Source: Verrucomicrobiales bacterium (GTDB lineage: Bacteria > Verrucomicrobiota > Verrucomicrobiia > Verrucomicrobiales > V1-33). Taken from it: a stretch of DNA of 64,000 nt. The position numbers and the translations under genes were made by a program. The notes beneath the pieces were generated by a model. It saw only the letters and a program-made list of their open reading frames with translations, was not told the DNA's origin and searched no databases. Positions 19,861-29,557 of the stretch are shown piece after piece; position 1 is the first letter of the stretch; every line of letters starts with the position of its first letter. Location: assembly GCA_031411295.1 (NCBI GenBank), contig JANOAV010000087.1, positions 96,001 to 160,000 on the forward strand, written 5' to 3'.

Positions 19861-20244
19861 AAATTAACAACAACGGTGGCCCTGCCCACCATTTCAGATG
19901 CGGAATGGGAGGTGATGAAAATCCTCTGGGCGCAAGCTCCGCAGACCACGAATGAAGTGGTGGAGGCGCTGACTCCCCATCGGGAATGGAAACCGAAGAC
20001 GATTCACACACTATTGCGTCGTTTGGTGGATAAGGGCGCGCTGCGCGTGGAGAAGCAGGGGAGGGAGTTTCGTTACTATCCTGAGGTGACTGCCGGTGAA
20101 TGTCAGTTGGCGGAGAGTCGCTCCTTTCTGGGGCGGGTCTTTGACGGGGAGATGGCTCCCTTTCTGGCGGCGTTTGTCGAACGTCAGGAGTTAAGTAAGA
20201 CCGAAATTGAACAATTGAAGCGAATTTTAGACGGAGGAAAATAA
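19852..20244 (+). CDS. BlaI/MecI/CopY family repressor
   Basis: ISDAEWEVMKILW...WKPKTIHTLLRRLVDKG...FLGRVFDG...LSKTEIEQLKRIL. Confidence 0.93.
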   Translation: MRKKLTTTVALPTISDAEWEVMKILWAQAPQTTNEVVEALTPHREWKPKTIHTLLRRLVDKGALRVEKQGREFRYYPEVTAGECQLAESRSFLGRVFDGEMAPFLAAFVERQELSKTEIEQLKRILDGGK

Positions 20245-20245
20245 C

Positions 20246-23200
20246 ATGAATCTGGAAACATTGACCAATTGGTTATCGGAAATCAGCCCTTGGGTGCTAA
20301 GCAACTCTGCGGGTGCAGTGCTCTTGGTGCTGGGGATCTGGCTGCTGCGGAAATACTCCGTGCTGCGGCAGCGTCCGCGTTGGCTCTATGCACTGGGGTT
20401 GCTGGTAATGCTGCGGGCTTTGGATCCCCAGCCTGCCTGGCGTATCCTGGCCGTGGCTCAAGCCAGCCGAGATGGCTGCGCCTGTGATGGCGCCTGTTGC
20501 GGAGGAACCCGCCATGCCCCTGCGCCCCACTGCTGCCCCTGTGACCCAGACATTCGAGCCAGACTTAAGCGAAACCAAGGTCATGGAAAGTCTTAAGGAG
20601 GAGCCCGGTTTGGAGCCGATGATTCCGCTGCCGCCAACTCCGCTGCCAACGTTGGCGGTGGCGGAGTCCACGGTGCCGGAACCGGTGCGCCAGATTTCTG
20701 CTGGGGAAATGTTGTCGTGGTGCTGGTTGATGGGCCTGTTGTTAGTATTGGCTGGCACCTGCTGGCGGCAGGGACGGTTTGCGCGACGCGTGGCTCGTTT
20801 GGCGCAGCCTGCCAGCAAGGCTCACGTGGCATTGCTGGCAGAGTTGCAACGCCTGACGGGGCAGCATCAGGCCGTCCGACTGCGGATGCTGCCGGGACTG
20901 GGCACGCCGGCGGTATTCGGTTGGTGGCGACCCCAGATTTTACTCACGGAAGCAGCCGCTACCGGACTCAACGAGTCGGAACTGCGTCATGTGTTGCTGC
21001 ACGAACTCAGTCATATTCGGCGGCATGATGTCTTGCTGAACTGGGCGCTTATTTTCACCCGGGCCGTGCATTGGTTTAATCCACTGGTGTGGTTGAGCCA
21101 GCGCTGGTTAGTGCGGGATCGGGAGCTGCTGTGGGATGCGCAGGCGATGGCTTTTTTATCCTCCCAGGAAACGCCGCGGGACTATGGTTATACTTTGTTG
21201 AAACTAGCCATGCCTGGGGCGCAGGAGCCCACCACCCCCAGCCTGGCCCCTCTGTTCCACTCCTCCCACGAACTCCAACGCCGCATCCGCATGATTTCCC
21301 AACCCCCAAATCAACCCGCGTCGAAATGGCACATGGCGCTGTCATTGCTAGCCGTCAGCGCGTTGGCAATATTCACCTTCACCAGGGCGGTGGCGGAGGA
21401 TGCCCCGCCGTCGCCAAAAGTTCCGGAGGTGCGACGCGCCGAGATCGTAGATTCCTCCGTGGACGACCCCAGTGCTGAGGAATTGGCTCCCGTCCGAGCC
21501 GCGTTGGATTCATTCCTAGCCGCCCGCACTTGGCAGGATCGCGCCAAGTTCACGCAGCAAGCGGAGCGCCTTCGCCCCCAGATGGAGGAATTCTACGCCC
21601 ACCATGCCGACGGCCCCATTGCGGCGGAGAAGATTGATTTCCTAACCACCCAGCCAACCCCGGGCGGTAAGAGTCGCTTTTACATATTTCAGGTGGTGTG
21701 CGGTTCTCGGCTAGGCTTCCCGGTTTCGTTGGAAATGGTAAATGGAAGCTATCAAGTGGAGTGGGAAAGTTTTGTGGAGTTCAAGGACTTGTTCTTGCCG
21801 AAATACTTCGAGACCTTCCATGAAAAGCCCGCCGAGTTTCGGGTGGTGCTGCGTCGCACCCACTACTTTGGGGCGGATATTCCTAATCAGGACCAGAAAC
21901 TTTGCTTTGCGGTGGAACCCCCGGTCGCAGGGCACGCGAATTACGCTTGGGTGACGAAAGCCAATGTGGCCGTGCTTAGCAAACTGCGGGAGGGGGGTGA
22001 CTTCGGCCACGTTTACTATCCCGTCGTGAAATTACGATGGGTCAAAGAAGGCAAGGCCAGCTATGTGGTCCTCGATGACATCGTGTCCGACAACTGGCGC
22101 GCGGACCATCCCCAGCGAACGTCCACCCCAGATCCTTCCGCTCGCCTCCAGAGACTGACCAAGCAACGCGACGAGGTGAAACGCGAACTCAGCGAGCTGG
22201 AGGCTTCGTCCAAGGCTGGGAAGGACCTGCGGCAGGAAATTCTAGCGCTGCAAAAAGTGGCCCGGGATCTGACTACAGCTTATTACAAAGAAAAATACTT
22301 GGTGCCCGCCCTCCAGGAACCGGAAAATCGTTCCGCGCTGGAGAAACTAAAGGATGAACTGGAGCGAGAGTTAAAGGAGTTGAGCGCTCAGGGATTGGAT
22401 GAGAACCACCCGGATGTTAGTGGGTTGAGGGAAGCGAAGGGGCAAGTGTTGGAGCTTTACTATCGCGCCAAATACTCGCTCCAGGAAGGTGATGTGATCG
22501 AAGTGGATGAGACGAAGCGAGGGGCTGAAGCCCCTGATTTGAAGGAAATCCCCTTCGGCACTTGGGTCCCGGACAAAAGGGGCTTCGTTTACAGTCCCTA
22601 TGCCCCGGACAGTGGAGGAGTGGACGTCTCCGATATTCCTGCCGGAACCAAAGTGGAATGTCCTTACACGAAGAAGATTTTCCGCGTTCCACGGGTTGGG
22701 CAGACGGGGAGATATACGGTTTTGGGAGCCGTGCTCAAGCCAGGGTCGTATGCGTTGCCGAATGCGCGTATTGACCTAACTGTAGCGGTAGGGATGGCAG
22801 GAGGGATCATGAGGCCTACAGACAGTATTGCGAAGGCATGGTTAGTGAAGTGTGAAGCAGAGGTCGCGAAACTCAAGGCCCAGTTACAGGCCCTCTCGGA
22901 CATAAAGGACGCAGACCAAGCTATCGAAGTCGCTGCGGGGATTACCACCGATAGTGAGATCATGAAGGAATCACTGCCCGCTTTCCACAAAGCAAAGATT
23001 GAATTGGCGCAACTTTTGGATGGCGGTCTGGGCACTCGCCATCCGAGCGTGGTGGCTGCTAGGGGGCAAGTGGAAATCCTGAAGGAAGACCTCTTGTCAG
23101 GAGTGACCGCGGTGAAGCTGTCCTTGGAAGCCAGACTAAAAATAGCGCAAGCTGCGCTGCAAAGTTGGCAGGAAACGAACGCCGAAGCCCTGAAAGCCAA

Positions 23201-23891
23201 GCCGAGCGTAATCCGCATCCGCCTGAAGCACGCGGCCAGTGTGCAGGCATTGGAAGGAGACTTAGACGACCTCGGAGCAGAGCAGATAAAGCCAGGCGAT
23301 ATCATTACGGTGATAGCAGGAGATGAGGCCGTTTCCGCAGAAGCAAAACCTGCCGCCACGCGAGCCAATTTCACGATCATCGGTGAGGTAAAGCGTCCGG
23401 GAACTTACGCAGCTCCGTCTGGCAAGCAGCTAACCCTGACGGAGGCGGTCGGCATGGCTGGTGGCTTTGGCCCAATGGCGGAGCGGGCGAAGGTGAAAAT
23501 TGTGCGACGCGGAGTGCAAGCTCCCCTCGAAGTTGATCCCAGCCGCATCCCGGGAAATGGGGTCGGCCTGCTGATCCAAGATGGGGATGTGATCGAAGTT
23601 GCTGCTGCTGAAGCCAAGGACGCCGTTGGAGCCCCTGCCGTCCCCCAGCGTGGAGTGTTTACAGTCCTTGGAGCGGTGAACAAGCCCGGCAAGTTTAATT
23701 TCCCTCCAGGAATCAAACTAACCCTAATGGAGGCTGTCGGCATGGCTGGTGGCTTCAACAAACTGACCAATGCGAAAAAAGCGACATTGAAACGCGATGG
23801 TGTGGAACAAGTTCTGGAACTTCGCACCCATGGGACCGACGAAGTCAAAGCGGGAGATGTGGTCACCATCCAAGAGAGCGTCCCATTCTAG
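20246..23891 (+). pseudogene. BlaR1/M56 metallopeptidase with C-terminal SLBB and Wzc-like coiled-coil domains; split by a +1 frameshift near 20423 (real lesion or sequencing error)
   Basis: The N-terminal TM segment is in frame 20246. The HELSHIRRHD zinc motif and HWFNPLVW are in frame 20472. Removing one G at ~20423 gives a continuous LVMLRALIPSLPGVSWPWLKPAEMAAP. Confidence 0.8.
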
Positions 23892-24023
23892 CGCTGGGTG
23901 AAGGAGTCTGTCATGGAGTTATCGAGGATACCGCATTAAGCGTTAGTCATCTGAGCCGGGAGTAAACTAAGGAATTTCATGACGCGTGTCTCGCAATGCA
24001 CGGCGGGCGTGTCGATCCTATTG

Positions 24024-24956
24024 CTATTTCTCAGGCAAAATCATCGCCACTGGAGTCGAGTTCCCGAAGTTCTTGAAGTCCTTCCACTGCCAGACCACTT
24101 TCTTGTCAGGCGTGACTTCGATGAGTTGGGGATTCTCCGGGCCGGCATGGCAATTATTGATGACGGTGTTGCCATTGGCGAGACGCTCGACGCGGCAGAC
24201 CCATGCCAAAGTGATGCCTGGCAGATCCTTCTGCTCCAGCTTCCAGACGATTTTCTTATCTGGAGTCACTTCGATCACGCTATGGCCATTGCCGGTGCCA
24301 ATGAGGGTATTCCCATTGGCCAAGCGCTCGGCGGAGAACAAATGATTGCCAAACGCTTCTGGCCCGTGACCCCCGGCGGCTGGTTTGTCGAACATCGGCA
24401 CGGGGAACTCCCACACCACCTTGCCATCCGGAGCATATTCCTTGGCGATTCCGTCGGCTTCATGGGCGACCAAGTAGTTGCCATTGGCGATCTTCCGCAC
24501 CATCCGCGTGTCGCTGTGGGCGTTGGGTTTGCTAACTTGTAACTTCACTTCCTTCACGATCTTCCCCTCTGAGGAAACTTCGATGATCCGCCCCACGCCA
24601 GATTCCACGATCATCGTGTTTCCGTCATCCAAACGTTGGAACGCATGCACTTCGACAGGCTTGCCGGGATTGGTCTTGGCGGAATCATATTCCCAGACCA
24701 CCTTGCCGTCGGGCGTCTTTTCCACGATGTGGTTCCAGCCCTTGTCTTGGAAGACTAAATTTCCGTTCTTCAGCAATTGTGCATTGTGAATGGCTCCCAC
24801 TTTTTCTTCGCGTTCAAAGGTTCCATCTGGCTTGATGATGGCAAGGCGATGCGTGGAATCATCCGCCACCAACAAACGACGGCCGGGGGCGGTGTCTTGA
24901 GCAGAGAGGGACAGGGTGAGAGTAGTGAAACAGAGGGCAAGATGGCGGATAGTCAT
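24024..24956 (-). CDS. Secreted beta-propeller repeat protein (PQQ-like/arylsulfotransferase-like)
   Basis: Signal peptide, then repeated (R)L.NGN(T/Y)L(I/V)...IIEV.PDGK(V/I)VW units. Confidence 0.75.
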   Translation of the reverse strand: MTIRHLALCFTTLTLSLSAQDTAPGRRLLVADDSTHRLAIIKPDGTFEREEKVGAIHNAQLLKNGNLVFQDKGWNHIVEKTPDGKVVWEYDSAKTNPGKPVEVHAFQRLDDGNTMIVESGVGRIIEVSSEGKIVKEVKLQVSKPNAHSDTRMVRKIANGNYLVAHEADGIAKEYAPDGKVVWEFPVPMFDKPAAGGHGPEAFGNHLFSAERLANGNTLIGTGNGHSVIEVTPDKKIVWKLEQKDLPGITLAWVCRVERLANGNTVINNCHAGPENPQLIEVTPDKKVVWQWKDFKNFGNSTPVAMILPEK

Positions 24957-25024
24957 GACGCATCCTGTATGGAATCCATGCCTTCCGCAGCAAAATTCGC
25001 GCCGACTGCTAAAACACGTAGTGG

Positions 25025-27547
25025 CTACAGTTCCCGCCATTCATGCTTGGGATAGCGTCGCTTGAGTTCCTTGGCGATGGTGGGGTAACTATTTTTCCAG
25101 AAGCTGGCGAGGTCCTTGGTCACTTGAATGGGGCGCATGTTAGGAGCCAGCAATTGAATCAACAAGGGCACGCGCCCAGCGGCAATGCGCGGCGTTTCGG
25201 TCTGCCCATAGAAGTCTTGGATCCGGGAGGAGATGGTGGGTTCAGCTCCGTGGGCATAGTCGATCTTCGTCTTGCGGCCGCTGGCGAGGTCGATGCGATC
25301 GGGCGCATGGCGTTGTAACGCTTGGTTTTGCTCGTAACTTAACCAACTTTGCAGCGCGTGCAGCGGATTCAGTTCCTTGATGTCCTTGTAGCTTTTACAA
25401 CCATGGAATAATTCTTCGAAGACAAGACGCTTATCTTCGTCGGTGAATTCAGGGATCTCCAGTTCGGGCATGTGCTGCCGCAGGAAATGCAGTCGCGCTA
25501 ACCACTGTTGCGCATGATCGTCCCAACCGGTAAAGGTCAGGGAGCCGTCCAGCACCATATCCGCCAGCAAGGCCGCCGCCGCATTGTCGGTCGGTTCTCC
25601 GCTTTGACGCTCGCGTAGCATGAGATCACGGAAACGCACGGTTTCCTTCTGTTGGACACGTCGCTGCAGGGTGTCCCAGACCGCCGCATTGGTCTTGGCG
25701 AAATCGTGCGGAAAGAGTTCGGCCAACCACGTTTCCTCGACTTCAGTATTCAAATTCAAGATCACCTGGAGATCTTTCCCCTGCACTTCCGCCATTTCAG
25801 CGGCCACCAGTAAGTCATGACCGCGCATCAGACTGTCCTTGGCAACGGACCCGCGGCGTTTCCCCACCACATCACAAGCCGTGCTGGCAACATTGGTGCG
25901 ACGCGCCACGTGGTCGGAGTAACCACTGAGCATGACTTTGGCGAGCGACTCCAAGCTCGGTAAATTAAGCTCTCCAGTCTGCTTGCGCGTCATGCCCATG
26001 AGTCGTTCCGCCAGCCTGCCAGCTTCGGAAGCAGCCTTGCCATTGAGTCCCAACCGACCGCACGCATCGGGGGAGAATCTGGCGTCTGCCGCTGCCTGCC
26101 AAGCCCGCAGCAGCGGATAGAAGTCGCTCCGGTCATCGGGATCATGAAATTTTGTGGCCGATCCGCCACCGCTCTTCACATACAAACTGCGGCCTTGGAG
26201 CAGGGCCATGCAGAGCGCCACGGCGGGCACACAATCTTCCTCCGTGGCCGCTTCCAGCACGCGGGCCTGGCGGGGGTGGAGGGGATAGCGCGTTAGTTTC
26301 CGCCCCAGGGAAGTGATCTCCCCCGTCTTCGCATCGACTGCTCCCAGCTCCTGCAACAACGTTTCCGCGAGGGCCAGACTGCGTGGGTCCGGTGGATCAA
26401 ACCAACGGAAACCAGCCAAATCCCGGATCCCCGCCGCATGCAATCCTAACGCGACTTCCGCCAAGTCCATGCGGCGGATTTCGGGCAGTTCTGCGGCGGG
26501 TCGGCGGGCGTGGTGTTGCTCGCTCCAGAGCCGAATGCACGTGCCCGGGCCGGTGCGTCCGGCCCGTCCTGCGCGCTGGTCTGCGCTAGCCCGGGAAATG
26601 GCCTGAACCGTCAGCGTGTTCAGCCCGCGGTTGGCATCATAGCTGGCCAACCGCGCCTGACCTCCGTCAATCACCAGGCGCACGCCATCGATGGTGAGAG
26701 AGGTTTCCGCCACGTTAGTCGAAACGACGATCCGCCGTCGGCCCCCGTGGCTCACTGCGGCATCCTGTTGTTGCGGTGGCAGTTCCCCATGCAACGGCAG
26801 AATGTCGAAGTCCTTCAGCGCCTTTTCACGCCCTAACGCCTCCATGGTCTTTCGAATTTCATAAGCTCCTGGCATGAAAATCAGCGCATGCCCTTCTGCT
26901 AGCTTACTCATTTCCAGGCCACAAATGCGCGCGGCATGTTCCGGGAGGTCATCGCCTGTAACCAGCTTCGGTGGGGCGTAACGCAAGCTTACCGGGTAGG
27001 TGCGGCCTGCGGAAACCAAGTGCTCGCACGGAGCCAGGTAGCGTTTCAACTCCTCGGTCTGCAAGGTAGCGGACATGACCAGGATGCCCAAGTCTGGCCG
27101 TCTCGATTCCTGCAGGTCCAACGCGCGCGCCAGGGTCACATCGCCATACAGATGCCGCTCGTGAAATTCATCAAAGACGACTGCGGAAACCCCCTTGAGG
27201 TCGGGATCGTCCAACATGCGTCGGAGGAGGATGCCCTCAGTCACAAAGCGAATTTTGGTGGCGGCACTAACCGCACTTTCAAAGCGCACCTGATAACCTA
27301 CTTCCTGGCCTAACCGCACGCCCATTTCCTCCGCCACCCGCCGCGCCAGCATCCGGGCGGCAATGCGGCGGGGTTGCAGGATGATGACTTCCCCGCCATC
27401 CAAAACCCCCGCGGCCAAGAGCATTTGCGGAATCTGAGTGGACTTCCCCGAGCCCGTGGGGGCCTCAATCACAAAGCGCCTACGCTCCTGGGAAGCGCGA
27501 TAAGCGTTCAGCAAGGCAGGTTCGAGTTCGAAGATGGGAAGGCGCAT
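25025..27547 (-). CDS. hrpB: ATP-dependent helicase HrpB
   Basis: APTGSGKST, DEFHER, MSAT, TNVAETSLTIDGV, QRAGRAGR, and C-terminal LLAPNMRPIQVTKDLASFW...YPKHEW. Confidence 0.95.
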   Translation of the reverse strand: MRLPIFELEPALLNAYRASQERRRFVIEAPTGSGKSTQIPQMLLAAGVLDGGEVIILQPRRIAARMLARRVAEEMGVRLGQEVGYQVRFESAVSAATKIRFVTEGILLRRMLDDPDLKGVSAVVFDEFHERHLYGDVTLARALDLQESRRPDLGILVMSATLQTEELKRYLAPCEHLVSAGRTYPVSLRYAPPKLVTGDDLPEHAARICGLEMSKLAEGHALIFMPGAYEIRKTMEALGREKALKDFDILPLHGELPPQQQDAAVSHGGRRRIVVSTNVAETSLTIDGVRLVIDGGQARLASYDANRGLNTLTVQAISRASADQRAGRAGRTGPGTCIRLWSEQHHARRPAAELPEIRRMDLAEVALGLHAAGIRDLAGFRWFDPPDPRSLALAETLLQELGAVDAKTGEITSLGRKLTRYPLHPRQARVLEAATEEDCVPAVALCMALLQGRSLYVKSGGGSATKFHDPDDRSDFYPLLRAWQAAADARFSPDACGRLGLNGKAASEAGRLAERLMGMTRKQTGELNLPSLESLAKVMLSGYSDHVARRTNVASTACDVVGKRRGSVAKDSLMRGHDLLVAAEMAEVQGKDLQVILNLNTEVEETWLAELFPHDFAKTNAAVWDTLQRRVQQKETVRFRDLMLRERQSGEPTDNAAAALLADMVLDGSLTFTGWDDHAQQWLARLHFLRQHMPELEIPEFTDEDKRLVFEELFHGCKSYKDIKELNPLHALQSWLSYEQNQALQRHAPDRIDLASGRKTKIDYAHGAEPTISSRIQDFYGQTETPRIAAGRVPLLIQLLAPNMRPIQVTKDLASFWKNSYPTIAKELKRRYPKHEWREL

Positions 27548-27735
27548 GAAGGGTGGTGAGCAGATTCTGAGGGTTCGTAAGCTGGGTCGGGCAAAACACC
27601 AAGGGCAAAACCGTCGGTCCTTAAGTCGTCTAAATAATTACCGGGCAAGCGATGATTTGATTTTTACTCAAGCTAGTCTTCACTGCCGTGGGCGGGAACC
27701 CGAACTCCAACCCATCAACCGAATCAAATAACTGC

Positions 27736-28521
27736 ATGTCCACTACACTTCGCGCCATCGCGATAGCCGCCCATCCTGACGATATTGAGTATGTCATGGC
27801 TGGCACGTTGCTGGCATTGCAGGCTAAGGGGTGGGAGATTCACTACGTCAATTTGGCGGACGGCTGTTGTGGCAGTCTGCAAATGGGACCGGCAGAAACG
27901 GCCCGGGTCCGCCGCCTGGAGGCCATGCGCGCGGCAGAGATCCTGGGGGCCGGCTTCCACGAGAGCATCGGGCATGACATGGAAATCATCTATAGCGTGG
28001 AACGCGTGCGCCAAGTTGCTGCCATCATTCGCGAGGTGGCTCCGCAGATTGTGCTAACGCACTCACCGCAGGATTACATGGAAGACCACATGGAAACGTG
28101 CCGTCTGGCGGTCTCCGCAGCGTTTACCCATGCCATGCCCAACTTCACCACCGATCCTCCGCGCGCCCCGGCCGCCTTGGACGGATCGGTCGCAGTTTAC
28201 CATGCCATGCCGCATGGCCTGTGCGATGGTCTGCGCCAGCCGATCCAACCGGATTGCTTCGTCGATGTGGCGGAGTTTCATGCCGTCAAACTGGCGGCCC
28301 TGGCGGCCCATCAGAGCCAGCAGCATTGGTTGGAAGCCAGTCAGGGCATGAATTCCTACCTGCAAGCGATGGAAGACATGAGTCGCGAGGTGGGTCGGCG
28401 TTCAGGCAAATTTTCTCTCGCGGAAGGCTGGCGACGGCATTCTCATCTGGGATTCAGTCGGCACGAGTGGGATCCACTCGCGGATGCCTTGGGTCCCCAA
28501 GTTTATTTTCCTAACGCTTAA
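27736..28521 (+). CDS. PIG-L/LmbE family N-acetylglucosamine deacetylase
   Basis: AHPDDIE, RRLEA, THS..DYMEDH, KLAALAAHQSQ. Confidence 0.9.
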   Translation: MSTTLRAIAIAAHPDDIEYVMAGTLLALQAKGWEIHYVNLADGCCGSLQMGPAETARVRRLEAMRAAEILGAGFHESIGHDMEIIYSVERVRQVAAIIREVAPQIVLTHSPQDYMEDHMETCRLAVSAAFTHAMPNFTTDPPRAPAALDGSVAVYHAMPHGLCDGLRQPIQPDCFVDVAEFHAVKLAALAAHQSQQHWLEASQGMNSYLQAMEDMSREVGRRSGKFSLAEGWRRHSHLGFSRHEWDPLADALGPQVYFPNA

Positions 28522-28539
28522 TTTAATCCATCCAAACCT

Positions 28540-29466
28540 ATGCGCAAACTCAGCTCCATTGCCCCCGACTGGTGGGACTACACCACGCTTGATACCTCCA
28601 TCATCCAAGAGGCGGCGGCTCTGACGATGCGGGATGTCGAGCAACTCTCCCGCCCTGGCTTCAAGGTCGTAATGTATGACACCCTGGAAGATTTTTATTG
28701 TGCGGAAGCGCTGGAATACATCGTCGCCTGGCGTCAGGCCACGGCGGACAATCCCGTGGGAGTCTGCGGGCCCATCGGTCCCACCGAACAGTTGCCATTA
28801 GTAGCGCGGATGGTGAATGAACTAGGATTGAAGCTGCACGACGCGCATTTCTGGGGCATGGATGAATGGCATGACGGGGAGAAGGAAACTCCGGTCACCC
28901 ATCCGTTGTCCTTTGAGCGCTGTGATCGGGAAATGTTATTCAATCACATTCATCAGGACCTGATGATGCCGGAAGCCCAGCTGCATTTCCCTAAAGCGGA
29001 TGTTTCCGCCTATCGTCAAAGTTGGGAGGGCGTGCGCTGCGCCCTCATGCAAGGCGGCCAGGGCGAAGTGAAGCACTGGGCCTTCAATGATCCCGTGCGA
29101 CGCACCGGAGCCTATCAAACCGCTCCTCCGACCCCGGCCGAGTATCGCCAACTCGCCACGCGCGTGGTCGATCTGCACCCGGTAACGCTGATGCAGAATG
29201 CCCGCACGTCTGGTGGTGGCAATATCACGATGGTGCCCACGAAAGCCATTACCGTTGGCCCGCAGGAAACTTGGCGGGCGGAGAAAGTCAGCATTTGGCA
29301 AGCCGGAACCCACGATAACCCACTGGGCCAGCGTCTCACCGCGTTGATGATCTCAAAGCATCTGGAAGACTCCGCGGTGCCCATGTCCCTGCTGGCCTCA
29401 CACCCGAACGTGCAGTTCAATTACTTCCGTGGGGGACTGGGATCGTGCTCCACGGAGATGCACTGA
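28540..29466 (+). CDS. Divergent glucosamine-6-phosphate isomerase/deaminase-like protein
   Basis: [37 protein letters not shown] and VPTKAITVG parallel the NagB motifs. Confidence 0.75.
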   Translation: MRKLSSIAPDWWDYTTLDTSIIQEAAALTMRDVEQLSRPGFKVVMYDTLEDFYCAEALEYIVAWRQATADNPVGVCGPIGPTEQLPLVARMVNELGLKLHDAHFWGMDEWHDGEKETPVTHPLSFERCDREMLFNHIHQDLMMPEAQLHFPKADVSAYRQSWEGVRCALMQGGQGEVKHWAFNDPVRRTGAYQTAPPTPAEYRQLATRVVDLHPVTLMQNARTSGGGNITMVPTKAITVGPQETWRAEKVSIWQAGTHDNPLGQRLTALMISKHLEDSAVPMSLLASHPNVQFNYFRGGLGSCSTEMH

Positions 29467-29557
29467 GCAGTTTGACTAGGGGAAACGCTGATGCGGCGGA
29501 GCTGACAGTAAATGCTCTGGACGCTGCGCGGGCGGTTGCTTAGACTGGCGGCACCTT

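Noticed and set aside
27585..27615. Tandem GGGCAAAAC as a c-di-GMP-I riboswitch
   Set aside because: The GNRA loop/receptor and second stem are not present; only a 9-bp duplication.
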